64,000 nucleotides of DNA from an uncultured Thermoplasmatales archaeon (GCA_964514975.1 CAZESS010000006.1:1-64000); one strand, 5' to 3'. Positions 25,674-36,139 are shown, counted from the first letter of the stretch. The notes: generated by a model from the letters alone, not told the origin. Numbers and translations are program-made.

Positions 25674-28043
25674 CTATGCATGTACTAGCTCTTCTGGTTT
25701 TTGGCAAGCCCAATTGATTCCCCATTTTACGTCATACACAAACTCCATCGCGTCATTAGTGAACTTTTTGGCGTTGTCTTCTAGGAAAGCTTTTATCTCA
25801 GGTATTACGTCCGGGTCAGGAATCTCTGTTAGGATACTGTCGTGTACAGTAAATAATGGATATATACCCCACCTGTCTCTTGCTTCGTATAAGGCTATTA
25901 GGTTAAGAAGGTTGAGGTCGCTTGAGGCTGATTGAATAGGCATGTTGGCGGCTTGTCGCTCCGCTTTACGTCTATTTTCAGGCGTGATAAGAGGGTATCT
26001 CCTTCTTCGTCCGAAGTAGGACTCTACGTAACCGTTTTCCTTTAAGCTACGCTTGATCATTCCTACATATTGCTTGTGGTTTGGAATAATCTCGTCCATC
26101 ACGTCTACCAAACGTCGCGCAGTTTCTTTACCGTACTGTCTTTCAATGGATGCTAGTCCCCTTAAGTATAGGCGGCCGAACACTGTCATTTTTGATGCTA
26201 CTCTAAGTTCCTTGGCCTTATCGGGGCCGTAAGCGATTGCACCTATGATGAAGTGAGGATCTGTACGTTGTTCCTGAGTAAGTTCAATACCTAGATCTCC
26301 ATCAAAACCTTCTGTGAGAACTCTTCTAAGATATTCGTCTTGGGCATATACGCAATACCATCTTAGCTCGGCTCCTTTCAGGTCAAAGTCTGCAATGTAC
26401 TTACTACTAGCAGATACGAACATCTCCTTGGCTCTACCATCTCTTTTGATGTTCATGATAGAAGGGTTTTCACTGCTTAGGCGACCCGTAACAGTACCGA
26501 AGAGCTTGATTGTAGGATGTATCATTAGGTTCGAGTCTACACGCTTAGCCAAACCTGTTACATAGTTAGACATGTCGTGTATCATTTCCCTATGCGTAAC
26601 GATCCTGTCCACGATTTCGTAGGTTTCCCTCAAGTCTTCTAAAAGAGCTTTGTTAGTGGACCTTGCGCCTTTTCCGTCCTTATCCGGTGGAGGAGCGGGT
26701 ATCTTAAAATCATCATACAATACGCTAGCAACTTCTTTGGAGCTGCTGGGGTTGAAAACTTTACCGGCCATATCCCACAGTTCCCTTTCGTCTTTAGCTA
26801 TATCTTCACTAAATAGCTTATGTACTTCTAATACCTTGTTGGGGTCTATTTTAACTCCTCTATAGGTAGTCTCTGTATACACCCTTAGCGCTGGCATTAA
26901 GATGTTCCAAAATACGTGGTGGTCTCCTATCTCTGCGCTCAATAACTTCCACAGCTGATGTGTATAAGCTACGTCCTTGGCTAGGTAACGCCTACGAACG
27001 TTTGTGGGTATAATTTCATAGCTGTCGTTTTTAGGGTTCTTCAGGTACTGCTGTATGTCTGCTTCCCAGTCACCTGCACCAATGTATACCCTTGCGACCT
27101 TTTTCAAACCGTGGCTTGCGGTTCTTTCGTCTAAGCAGTAGTGAGCCAACATCCCGTCAAAATATAAGTACGGATGTACGCCTGCTGCTTTAAGAAACCT
27201 TGCATCGAAGAATAGGTTCCATCCTATGATATTCTTAGTTGACAGTATTTCTCCAAACTCTGATATTAACTCAGGAGGTACGACATAGGTATGATCTTCT
27301 TCGAAGCCTATCCCCATCTCTAAAATACGATCGTGTTGTAAACCCATCGCGGTGAACCCAGTTGTTTCACAGTCCACGGATAAGTAGTCTTGTTGCTGTA
27401 AGATAGACTTCACTTCTTGCAGGTTTTGAAGGCTTACTTCAGTCATCCTCACGTCATCTTTTGCTTGATGGTAGTTGTTACGTAAGTATCGAATGCCTGC
27501 GCGCATACACTCTAAAAAGTCAAAAGCTTCGTCGGGACGTCTTAAATAGTAAGCGGGGTGCGCAATAGGTACTAACGGCGTTCCAAGATCGCTGAACAGC
27601 AACCTTCCTTCATTTTCACGTACTTTGAATTCACGTCCGCAAAACTCTTGCAAAGGCATGTCCCCCAAAGCTAAGATAAGTTTAGGGTTCTTACTAACTA
27701 TCTCCTCTCGAAGCCTCGCCCTACAACAGTTCTGTGCTTGTCTTATTTCCGCCGTTGTAGCATCTCCAGGGATTGGGCACGACAAACAATTGGTGATGTA
27801 GTAGGTATCTTGCTGTAGCTGGTGTAAAGTTTTCCTAAGGTACTTCCCCGAAGGTCCTACCATAGGCATTTTTTGGTGCAGCTCTTCGGTAGCTGGAGCC
27901 ATTGCTACTATTACTAAGTCAAACTCTCTATCGTCCCGTATAGCTAGTAGCTTACTAGGGTTTTCCGGATGAGGAGCCGTGCCCAATCCAGGGACTTGTG
28001 GTATGTCTCCAAATGGACATTCACTACAATTAGGTTCTGCCAT
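25674..28043 (-). CDS. polA: Family A DNA polymerase with N-terminal family-4 UDG-like domain and 3'-5' exonuclease
   Basis: UDG4 Fe-S Cys pattern and HPAY; DCETTG; TGRLSS..P; DLKGAELR; KMTVFGRLY; TVHDS. Confidence 0.9.
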   Translation of the reverse strand: MAEPNCSECPFGDIPQVPGLGTAPHPENPSKLLAIRDDREFDLVIVAMAPATEELHQKMPMVGPSGKYLRKTLHQLQQDTYYITNCLSCPIPGDATTAEIRQAQNCCRARLREEIVSKNPKLILALGDMPLQEFCGREFKVRENEGRLLFSDLGTPLVPIAHPAYYLRRPDEAFDFLECMRAGIRYLRNNYHQAKDDVRMTEVSLQNLQEVKSILQQQDYLSVDCETTGFTAMGLQHDRILEMGIGFEEDHTYVVPPELISEFGEILSTKNIIGWNLFFDARFLKAAGVHPYLYFDGMLAHYCLDERTASHGLKKVARVYIGAGDWEADIQQYLKNPKNDSYEIIPTNVRRRYLAKDVAYTHQLWKLLSAEIGDHHVFWNILMPALRVYTETTYRGVKIDPNKVLEVHKLFSEDIAKDERELWDMAGKVFNPSSSKEVASVLYDDFKIPAPPPDKDGKGARSTNKALLEDLRETYEIVDRIVTHREMIHDMSNYVTGLAKRVDSNLMIHPTIKLFGTVTGRLSSENPSIMNIKRDGRAKEMFVSASSKYIADFDLKGAELRWYCVYAQDEYLRRVLTEGFDGDLGIELTQEQRTDPHFIIGAIAYGPDKAKELRVASKMTVFGRLYLRGLASIERQYGKETARRLVDVMDEIIPNHKQYVGMIKRSLKENGYVESYFGRRRRYPLITPENRRKAERQAANMPIQSASSDLNLLNLIALYEARDRWGIYPLFTVHDSILTEIPDPDVIPEIKAFLEDNAKKFTNDAMEFVYDVKWGINWACQKPEELVHA

Positions 28044-28046
28044 TAC

Positions 28047-29777
28047 TTACCTCTCAAAAATTTTGATAGTGCCGCGTTCGTAAACCAGTTCATAAGGTGC
28101 GGCGTGCGGTGCCGACCACAACATTCCAGCAACACTGTCTTCAACTGGCGTGTCTTTATGCGACCTTTGGTTTACTGCGTACCACTTCCCTTGTACCAAC
28201 TCTTGATCCACAACGATATATTTTATGTTTAGTTCTCCGATAGCCTGCTCAGCTTCTTGGAAAGTAGTACTAGCGAAAAACTCCGCAGGGACAATACCAG
28301 CTTGTGTAGGTGATGTAAGCGGGACTCTTTCTCCTATGCGTATAATCCAATTACCGTAGTCCCACCAACTTAAAATTCCGTAAGATGGTTTTTCTTGTAA
28401 AGATGTTTGGTAATAGGCTTGTGGCGTTTGGAAAGGTTCGGGAGTGTTCTCTTTTAACCATGATGACGCTACGTACCAATCTGCGTTAATGTTATTGGAG
28501 ATGTGTGCTAGTCGGTAGGTGTTGGTAAAACTAACTCCCACCGCAAATACTAAGATTACCGTCAACACCGCCGCGCGAGCTTCTTTGTTAACCCACTTTA
28601 AGCAGTATAGAATGAAGAACGCGGATAAGGTACTTATAGGTACAATGGTGTAGTAACCCCAACGACGTTGCCCAACGTTGGCTACTAACATTGTGATGGC
28701 CCAAATCCAAAATAGGGCGGTATGCCTGTCCTTCTTAGCAAACCATAAGCCTCCTGGCAGGAATATAACTGCTAACCCGAACGTTGCCAGTAACGTTCCT
28801 ACGTCGGGTGGACTGGCTTCTCCTATGTAAGTATCGCCGCCCCAAAACATTGTAGACAAAAGTAGTAACTCGTACCTGAAGGTCATGGTAGTCAAAACTA
28901 TCGCAATAGGAGTCACTGCTGTGAGAGCGAACAGCAACATGGATTTGTCTTTTATTAGCTTGGTAAGCAGCCACAAAACTAACGGAGCTACTGCCAACGC
29001 CGAAGTTAAAGCCTTGGGTATAGGGCTTGTCAATCCTAGCGTAAAGGGGAAAGCTACGATCCCAGGTATACTGAACAACTTTACCAAAAAGAACTGATCT
29101 TCATCTGCCTTAAGTCTTCTTAAGAACTCGTACCAAAGCCAGGCAAGTAAGATAAGTATGAACAAGGCGGTACCAGCCCAAGTGAGATGGTATAACCCTA
29201 AGACAATTCCTGTTAAAAACATCCACCTGTATTTGCCGGATTTTAGAGACTCAATAAACAATAATATACAAGACGTCGCTAGCAAGGTCTCTAGTACGTG
29301 GTGGTCGAAGAACCCTAACATTGAACGGTGAAACAGTTCTCCAGGAAGTATCGCTACAAATAGTGCGGCTATTACACCTACCCAACCATTGAAAAGTACT
29401 CTGCCTAAAAAGTACGTCAATCCCACTATACATACTAGTAGTATGGGCGGAACAAAAGATATGGCGGTCTCGCCACCTATACTTCCTACAGCATATCCTA
29501 TCCACGTGAGTAGCGGTGGGTAGCCGTTTGCAGCCCCGTCAGGAAACTTTGCGAACATATCCCACTCAATTTGATGGGGAAAGTTCGCGGACATCGCATC
29601 TACTAAACGCATATGATACCAAGAGTCTACGCCCCTAAACCAAACTAAGTCCTGTACGAAGATCTTGTCCAGCTGTCCTGCTACCCTTAACAAGAACGTT
29701 AAGATTCCTATTCCTAGCAAACACAGGTATTGAGGCTTGAAGTTTGTTTTAACTTCTTGTACCTTACGCTTAGTCAA
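28047..29777 (-). CDS. aglB: Oligosaccharyltransferase, STT3/AglB family
   Basis: About 13 TMs, DSWYH, GFFDHH, WWDYG, DQELVQGK (archaeal DK-type motif). Confidence 0.9.
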   Translation of the reverse strand: MTKRKVQEVKTNFKPQYLCLLGIGILTFLLRVAGQLDKIFVQDLVWFRGVDSWYHMRLVDAMSANFPHQIEWDMFAKFPDGAANGYPPLLTWIGYAVGSIGGETAISFVPPILLVCIVGLTYFLGRVLFNGWVGVIAALFVAILPGELFHRSMLGFFDHHVLETLLATSCILLFIESLKSGKYRWMFLTGIVLGLYHLTWAGTALFILILLAWLWYEFLRRLKADEDQFFLVKLFSIPGIVAFPFTLGLTSPIPKALTSALAVAPLVLWLLTKLIKDKSMLLFALTAVTPIAIVLTTMTFRYELLLLSTMFWGGDTYIGEASPPDVGTLLATFGLAVIFLPGGLWFAKKDRHTALFWIWAITMLVANVGQRRWGYYTIVPISTLSAFFILYCLKWVNKEARAAVLTVILVFAVGVSFTNTYRLAHISNNINADWYVASSWLKENTPEPFQTPQAYYQTSLQEKPSYGILSWWDYGNWIIRIGERVPLTSPTQAGIVPAEFFASTTFQEAEQAIGELNIKYIVVDQELVQGKWYAVNQRSHKDTPVEDSVAGMLWSAPHAAPYELVYERGTIKIFER

Positions 29778-30457
29778 AGCTCACCCGCTTTTTCCAGGTC
29801 TTTTTTGTTGTTGATGTTTATGTACTGTCCATTAAATGGTACGGCTTTCAACGGTAAACCGCCTTCTACCATACTTTGCAATACGTCAGTAATCTCTACC
29901 TCGTTTCTTAGAGGAGAAGGTTTTGCGTTTTGAATATATCGAAATACGTCTTGGTCGAAGAAGTACACACCCATTCCACATAACAACCCTTCCGCGCGTT
30001 TAGGTTTTTCCCAAAGACGTGTTATGCGGTTGAAACCATCTACCTCAAAACCGTAACCGGCTTTAATACTAGCTATGTCCGCCTGTTTCCAATATCCTAC
30101 GCCGCTTTTGATGTGTCCGGTGAGATGCGTTTCCCACTCGCCTTTGCATACGCAATCCCCCAGCACTACTACGAACTTATCTCCGACCCAATCTTGTGCA
30201 GGGAGTATAGCATCTGCGATACCCTTAGGTTGCGTTTGCTGTACTACAATAAAAGGGAGTGTTTCAAAAGTTTGCAGTACTTCGTAGAAGTGTTCAGTCC
30301 ACTGAGGGTTGGCTACTATTACAAAACCATCTACACAACTTCTCCAACCTTCCATCACTGTTTGTAGTACGGTTTTGTTGTTTATTTGTACCAGAGGTTT
30401 GGGTACATTTGCTCCTAAACGTCTTCCCGCTCCTGCACACAACACTACACACTTCAT
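29774..30457 (-). CDS. Sugar-1-phosphate nucleotidyltransferase (RfbA-like)
   Basis: LCAGAGRRL..PKPL, QPKGIADA, EKP, EVEITD. Confidence 0.85.
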   Translation of the reverse strand: MKCVVLCAGAGRRLGANVPKPLVQINNKTVLQTVMEGWRSCVDGFVIVANPQWTEHFYEVLQTFETLPFIVVQQTQPKGIADAILPAQDWVGDKFVVVLGDCVCKGEWETHLTGHIKSGVGYWKQADIASIKAGYGFEVDGFNRITRLWEKPKRAEGLLCGMGVYFFDQDVFRYIQNAKPSPLRNEVEITDVLQSMVEGGLPLKAVPFNGQYININNKKDLEKAGEL

Positions 30458-31503
30458 TTCGGCTCCTTATTAAATAAGTGCTTCTCTTGTATGATCCACT
30501 GTAGCAGTTCCACCAGTCCGGACTCGGGTAGAGTAACGGGCCGCCAATCAAAGCTTTGAAGGGCTTTATCGTAGCTACCAACAAACCACCATAAGTCTCC
30601 TTGTCTGGCAGGGTGTAAGGTTGTAGGGATGTTACACTCCAAGTACTCCTCGTAAAACTTCAGTACGTCGTGGATGGATATAGAGTTTTCGTCACCACTA
30701 CAAATATTGTACGTGCCTTTAGGGCAACCGTTCTCAAACCACTTGAAGAAGGCTTCTGCGGCATCACGTACGTATAAGATATCCCTTACTTGCTTGTCGG
30801 TACCGAAAACTTTAATGGGTTGGTTGGTGATAGCTTTAATAGCGAAGTTGGCTACCCACCCGTGATCCTCACTTCCAAATTGTCTAGGACCGTAAATACC
30901 CGTAAGTCTAAAGTTCACTGCAGGAAGATCATATGATTGTGCGAACGACTCCACGTATAATTCACCCGCTCTTTTAGATACGTGTAAAGGTGTTAAGGTA
31001 CCCTTTAACAAAGGATGCGTTTCAGGTATTTCGTCGTATTGTAAGTGAAGTAGTTTAGTAGACCTTTCGGTGAGGTGGCGGTTTATTTCGTTACCGTATA
31101 CGTGTATGGAAGAACAGTTAGCTACTGGTACGTTAAACCACTTCGCAGCGTGCAAAACATTGAAGGTACCTAATACGTTTGTTTGCAGGTCTAACCGCGG
31201 TTCGTCGAGCGCTATCGTCATCGCAGGTTGAGCAGCACAATGTGCTATGAAGTCCGGACGCTCGTTTCCGATTGCTCGGAAGATTTCCTCTTTGCAGGAT
31301 ACATCTTCTGGTATAACTTTTATACCCTCTTGCGCGAACAGGTGTAGGTTGTATCGGCGTACCTGCTCTACGTCGTACGTAGTTCGACTATACTCGAACT
31401 TGGTAAGATTGTCAAACGCTACCGCTTCCCATCCAAGTTCTAAGGCTCGTGTACAAATATGTGAGCCAAGAAACCCACATCCCCCAGTAACTAAAACTTT
31501 CAT
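30454..31503 (-). CDS. NAD-dependent NDP-sugar epimerase (CDP-paratose 2-epimerase-like)
   Basis: TGGCGFLG, IYGPRQFG.EDHGWV, QVRDILY; catalytic YxxxK reads HVSK/LHVSK. Confidence 0.85.
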   Translation of the reverse strand: MKVLVTGGCGFLGSHICTRALELGWEAVAFDNLTKFEYSRTTYDVEQVRRYNLHLFAQEGIKVIPEDVSCKEEIFRAIGNERPDFIAHCAAQPAMTIALDEPRLDLQTNVLGTFNVLHAAKWFNVPVANCSSIHVYGNEINRHLTERSTKLLHLQYDEIPETHPLLKGTLTPLHVSKRAGELYVESFAQSYDLPAVNFRLTGIYGPRQFGSEDHGWVANFAIKAITNQPIKVFGTDKQVRDILYVRDAAEAFFKWFENGCPKGTYNICSGDENSISIHDVLKFYEEYLECNIPTTLHPARQGDLWWFVGSYDKALQSFDWRPVTLPESGLVELLQWIIQEKHLFNKEPK

Positions 31504-31515
31504 TCATCCTCCTTT

Positions 31516-31554
31516 ATTATAACTGAGTTGAGTCAATTAGTAACTAGTCTATAG
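31516..31554 (-). promoter_or_regulatory. Promoter with CTATAGACTA box
   Basis: Box-23 nt-TATAAT, then AAGGAGG. Confidence 0.7.
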
Positions 31555-31897
31555 AACTTTTTTCATCTTTCAGCAGCTTCTCAATATCCCTTAACAACCT
31601 CATTTGCTCGCTATCGTGGGCATGCATTTGTCTATTCCTAAAAGTCCAAATGGAGGGTAGTACCAACACATACACAAACGCCATCATCCCCAACGCCAGT
31701 AAACAAAAGAAACCTAAGAAGTAGTAAACTTTCATCCAAGGAAAAATTACAAGCAGATGAGGTCTTAAGGTTTCGTACAATACGATTGTTACCGAAATAA
31801 AGTTTATGGCCCCTAGCATAGGTAACATCGTATACAAGGAGTCAATCAAAGCCCCTAACCAAGGGACGTTTCTTTGCTGCCACCACTTCAACTTCAT
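31544..31897 (-). CDS. 2-TM membrane protein
   Basis: Hydrophobic helices. Confidence 0.6.
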   Translation of the reverse strand: MKLKWWQQRNVPWLGALIDSLYTMLPMLGAINFISVTIVLYETLRPHLLVIFPWMKVYYFLGFFCLLALGMMAFVYVLVLPSIWTFRNRQMHAHDSEQMRLLRDIEKLLKDEKSSID

Positions 31898-32622
31898 TTA
31901 CTAATCCCTTTTACCTTTAAGTTGAGCAGGATTAGAGAACCGAAAGTTTCGGGCAACGTGAACAATATTCCCACTACAACCCCTATAAATAAGTACCACG
32001 GCTCGTTAGTAAAGTGGTAAGTTAAGGGCCCGACAACAAACATAGAAAAAACCGCTTCTCCGACTGTAGGATGAGGATAGGTGTGGTATTTGTTTACGAA
32101 GCGTTTATATGCCGCTGCAAAAAGGGAAGTAGGTTCTTCGTTATTTATCATCCACACGTCTCGCTCTCCTATTTGAACTTTTATACGGTATATGGCGGAG
32201 GAAAATCTCATGACTAGGTAATGAAAGCTCATCCACACCAACAGTAGTACCGTGAGTAGTACGTTTGCGGCGCCTACAGCTAAGCCGATCGTTACACACG
32301 TACAAACTAATCCGTCTAAGACAAAGTCTTGCATACCTCGTACAGTATCGTCTACTTCTAACATTCGATTTATTCGACCGTCGATACTATCTGTTAGCAG
32401 GAAAGCTAGATACAGTATCGCACCTAATCCTAAGCGCTGGTAACCGAAAGCGGTCGCAGCGCACAAACCTATTAAAAAGGTGGTCAAGGTGGCGAAGGTG
32501 GGCGACAAACCTAACTTTATAGCCAAAAAGGCGAGAGGTGTTGCTAGGTGGTCTAAAACAAGCTTGCGTATCCATATGTCACGAGGTTTTCTCGCGAGGC
32601 GTTTGGCTTGTTGGTAGTTCAT
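31894..32622 (-). CDS. CDP-alcohol phosphotransferase family protein
   Basis: DSIDGRINR...G..DFVLD motif, multi-TM. Confidence 0.8.
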   Translation of the reverse strand: MNYQQAKRLARKPRDIWIRKLVLDHLATPLAFLAIKLGLSPTFATLTTFLIGLCAATAFGYQRLGLGAILYLAFLLTDSIDGRINRMLEVDDTVRGMQDFVLDGLVCTCVTIGLAVGAANVLLTVLLLVWMSFHYLVMRFSSAIYRIKVQIGERDVWMINNEEPTSLFAAAYKRFVNKYHTYPHPTVGEAVFSMFVVGPLTYHFTNEPWYLFIGVVVGILFTLPETFGSLILLNLKVKGISK

Positions 32623-32628
32623 ATCTTC

Positions 32629-34269
32629 CTACTCCTCCCACATCGGAGTTGTTAGAACGTAAGAATCGCCAGTTTGGAAGACGATGTCATTTTCGAAATC
32701 TAGCTGCCATTCTTCGAAGGTGTACTGCTTTCGCAACCCTATTCCGTTCCACGAAGTAAAAGCTCCATCTTGCGTGTTCCGGCTACGCACGAAGATATAA
32801 CCCTCTGGTACCGGGCGTGGAGATTTGGGTATCTCAGATATGTAGTCGCGTTGTGGCCCCATTGGTCCCAACCTTTCGGAGAATAGCTGTGCACCATAAA
32901 CATCTGCAACTACGGGAAAAAGGTCATTGTCTATTACATAGTCTCTAGCAATGTAGTCCTCGGGAGTGGTAGTTGTACCCAAATCTATGCGATGGCCACT
33001 TAAACTATAGTTATATGGGACGGTAAAGGTTTCGTTATTAGGTACTTTTATTAGTTCGAAAGCTAGCCCAGACGTGAATACGAAGAAGATGAGGCAAAGG
33101 GCTGTTAGTCCTTTTAGATTTCCCGTAACGAACGGCGCTACCATTAAGGTAAGTCCCACCAAGTGAGCTATTCTTGTGATGTTGAGGGTGTTCGAAAATC
33201 CGGGAACGGTGCAAAGCAGCACTACTACTAAAGAACCCGTGCCTAGCAACCAAAAGTTGGGTACTTTACGTAGGTGCCACAAACCCTTAAAAGCTAGCAA
33301 TATAATTATCCACGCGAAAAGGATGAATACAAAGGTTAGCGACGAGGACAACTTATAACCAAAAAGGCTTCGAACCGTAGGTTCGTACATTTTAAGGGAT
33401 ACAGTCGTGTCTGTCTTTTTATTCTCCGCTTCTACTTGCGTTGTACCTTCCGGGGCGGGCTCAAGGAGAAGATCAGGATTGGTTACTTGTAAACTAACGG
33501 GCGCCCAATGGTTGTAAAGGTGGAACACCTTTCTAGCTACAGCTCCGTCTTGTGCTGTGGGAAAATAAATTGTACTAACTAGCAACATTGCAGCAGTAAA
33601 GACTACTAAAGGTTTGGTTGTGTACATCTTTCGTACTAGGGCAACGACGACTCCGGGAAGCAAAATAACCGCTGCTATAATAGTTACGGAGTAATGTGTT
33701 AAAGGTATAAGAACCCCTAATACTGCCAGTATCACATATTTATATTTGCTGTGTTTGAGTAGTAGTATACCGAACCCTAGAACTAACCAAGCTTCCGCTA
33801 GCATTTGTCGTGGAATGGTGGGAATCTCTAAAAAGAAAGGACTGAAGGCTATTACAAGGAAACTGCCTAAAAGGGCTCGTTTTGGAGTTGTCCACTGCTT
33901 ATAAACCGAATATAAAACGCACGGCACGGTTGCGAAAATTGCTGGATAAACGAGTTTGTAGGCCCACATGTTAGGGGGCGTCACGTATGCAAATATGTTT
34001 GTGCCTTGTGGGGTGTTTATTAGCGGTTGCCACACGTCCGCACCATGACGCAACAAAACAAAGTAGTACTCCAAATGTACGTCTGAGCCCACTAAGTACG
34101 GGCCCGCGAGAGTAGTGGTATAGATCATGCTTAGTGCAGTAGCGTAGATTATGTGTAGATGGTACTCTTCTGGTATCTTGCCTGACATCGCCAAATAGAT
34201 AGCAACACAAATCGAGACTATGGTAAGGATTGCTACGGCCATCACAGGCCAGATTCTCCCCACTGACAT
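32629..34269 (-). CDS. Multi-TM DUF2206-like (GT-C-like) membrane protein
   Basis: LVGSDVHLEYY, RQMLAE, THYS motifs; many TMs; start uncertain. Confidence 0.65.
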   Translation of the reverse strand: MSVGRIWPVMAVAILTIVSICVAIYLAMSGKIPEEYHLHIIYATALSMIYTTTLAGPYLVGSDVHLEYYFVLLRHGADVWQPLINTPQGTNIFAYVTPPNMWAYKLVYPAIFATVPCVLYSVYKQWTTPKRALLGSFLVIAFSPFFLEIPTIPRQMLAEAWLVLGFGILLLKHSKYKYVILAVLGVLIPLTHYSVTIIAAVILLPGVVVALVRKMYTTKPLVVFTAAMLLVSTIYFPTAQDGAVARKVFHLYNHWAPVSLQVTNPDLLLEPAPEGTTQVEAENKKTDTTVSLKMYEPTVRSLFGYKLSSSLTFVFILFAWIIILLAFKGLWHLRKVPNFWLLGTGSLVVVLLCTVPGFSNTLNITRIAHLVGLTLMVAPFVTGNLKGLTALCLIFFVFTSGLAFELIKVPNNETFTVPYNYSLSGHRIDLGTTTTPEDYIARDYVIDNDLFPVVADVYGAQLFSERLGPMGPQRDYISEIPKSPRPVPEGYIFVRSRNTQDGAFTSWNGIGLRKQYTFEEWQLDFENDIVFQTGDSYVLTTPMWEE

Positions 34270-35333
34270 AGGCAGTATTCACAAAACTCGAAAGGCTCCA
34301 AAGGCTCTATCATCGGAAGGCCCTTCAGGTTTGTTAATTGGTCGATGCTCATAGTTCTTCCCGTAGGTTGACGGGTGCTACGGAGATGACGGCGAAGGCT
34401 TTTGTACGTAGGGTTTGTCCAAACTTCTTTTAACGTATCTTCAGCGATGTTACCCATCCTATAATCTAAATACGGTGTGGGAAATTCCTTCCCATTGTAC
34501 ACTTCAGAACGACGGAGATTTGCCATGTAGGTGCACGCGTACACGTCCTTATTTAACAGCACAAAGGGACTAATGAAAGGGTCATAACAAGGACTGAATG
34601 TTGGAGTGTCGGTACAGGTGCCTGTTACATGTAAGTTGGCTTGCTTCGCGAGCTGGCGAAACTTTTGTATGGCTTGTATGTGAGGCTCGATTTTGGGGGG
34701 ATTACCGAATCCAAGTCTTTCGGATTGCATTTTCATGTAGTGTATACCCGTAGCTCCAACTTGTGTTGCTAAGCGTACGTACTGCGGAAGTTGTTCCACT
34801 ACTTCGTCAGAAAATAATACTACGTTCATATACAATTGTATACCTGACTCTCCTATCAGCTTACAGTTATGTAGCACCTGCTCGAAGTTTGCGCCCAGTT
34901 TAACTTTCTCATAGGTGTGCTTATCAGCTCCATCAAAAGATATATGGATACGCGTCATACCGTGTTTTTGCAGAAACTCGACCCACTTTTCGTTTAATAA
35001 AGTGCCGTTACAGGTCATCATAGTACGTGCGTTATTGAAGTGACAAAGCCGTACTAAACCTTCGAAGTTGGGATTACACATTGGCTCTCCATCCCCTTCA
35101 AACCTGACCGCGCGGATCGGGCACGAGGATAGAATATCTTGCAAAGCTGTGGGCGTAAGATGTGTTTCTCCCGGCTCGGAAGAGATGCTTGCGGAGTAGT
35201 TGCGTCGACAACCAGGACACCTCAGATTGCATGATTTGGTAGTTTCTACTTCTACGACTCTAGGTAGTAAGTCGTGTCGCAAAGCTGCCCATTTGTAGGT
35301 TTGTATCCCTAGTTGTTGTAAATGTTTGTTCAA
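34242..35333 (-). CDS. Radical SAM/SPASM-twitch protein
   Basis: CNLRCPGC, GDGEP, ISFDG, C-terminal Cys; TTG start after GGAGG. Confidence 0.85.
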   Translation of the reverse strand: MNKHLQQLGIQTYKWAALRHDLLPRVVEVETTKSCNLRCPGCRRNYSASISSEPGETHLTPTALQDILSSCPIRAVRFEGDGEPMCNPNFEGLVRLCHFNNARTMMTCNGTLLNEKWVEFLQKHGMTRIHISFDGADKHTYEKVKLGANFEQVLHNCKLIGESGIQLYMNVVLFSDEVVEQLPQYVRLATQVGATGIHYMKMQSERLGFGNPPKIEPHIQAIQKFRQLAKQANLHVTGTCTDTPTFSPCYDPFISPFVLLNKDVYACTYMANLRRSEVYNGKEFPTPYLDYRMGNIAEDTLKEVWTNPTYKSLRRHLRSTRQPTGRTMSIDQLTNLKGLPMIEPLEPFEFCEYCLCQWGESGL

Positions 35334-36139
35334 CCTTGCCTCCGAAGAATAAGTATATCTTGAAACGAAAGCCCGTCTACGCAACCTGACCACTGCCCTT
35401 TGTGAACAGTGGCGTTCAATCCCAGTCCGTGTAAAGCCTCTAGCAGCTCGTCTTGTTCGTAAGCTACCGCTAAACGAGGTTTAGACTTTCGAACGTGCCA
35501 CGTGGTACCGATTTTATGATTGAAGTGGTAATGGTTGTATGATTGTAGCTCGCGTTGCTCGTCATTTAGCAAAAAGAAAGTAGCTAAGCAGGCGCCGTCA
35601 GGTTTAAGGAAGACCTTCATCTGCGAAAGGTAATTTAAGGTCTCCTCTAAAAACATGTGGGTGAAAATCGACTTGAAAAGTACGATGTCGTAAAGGTTGG
35701 AAGGTAAGCCGAACTCGTAATCCCTTGCGTACTTACTGCCTTGAGGATTTAGCTCCTCGTCATACACATCTATGTGAAAGTAGTAGCCCTTTAAGTGGTC
35801 GTTGCACCACTGCACGAAAGGAAGATGCACATCGAGTCCTGCATAACGATTAACATCGCACAAAGCGTACTGACCCGTGAAACTTTGTGCTGTACTACCG
35901 CACCCACAACCTATGTCTAAGATGTTGCACGGGGGTTTCAATCCGCACAGCAGCTTTAGGTAAGCTACATATTCAGCACTAGCTCCTTCAAAGGTGCTAA
36001 TGGAGCCTACCTTTTGACGTAAAGACAAGGGCGGAACGTTTTTATGTAGTAGTTTGTTGTAAGCACCATCTAAGGGTTCTACGCACTTCAACGCAAGGTG
36101 CCTACCCTTGCGCGCGGCTTTGTAAAAGCTTTCGTTCAC
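35330..36139 (-). CDS. Class I SAM-dependent methyltransferase
   Basis: ILDIGCGCG, SIFTHM, LKPDG; GTGA overlap. Confidence 0.85.
   Translation of the reverse strand: MNESFYKAARKGRHLALKCVEPLDGAYNKLLHKNVPPLSLRQKVGSISTFEGASAEYVAYLKLLCGLKPPCNILDIGCGCGSTAQSFTGQYALCDVNRYAGLDVHLPFVQWCNDHLKGYYFHIDVYDEELNPQGSKYARDYEFGLPSNLYDIVLFKSIFTHMFLEETLNYLSQMKVFLKPDGACLATFFLLNDEQRELQSYNHYHFNHKIGTTWHVRKSKPRLAVAYEQDELLEALHGLGLNATVHKGQWSGCVDGLSFQDILILRRQG

Noticed and set aside
28047-34269. Archaeal host suggested by AglB and DUF2206-like genes
   Set aside because: Sigma70 -35/-10 promoters, bacterial MetK, PolA, RusA and a lipobox favour a bacterial host.
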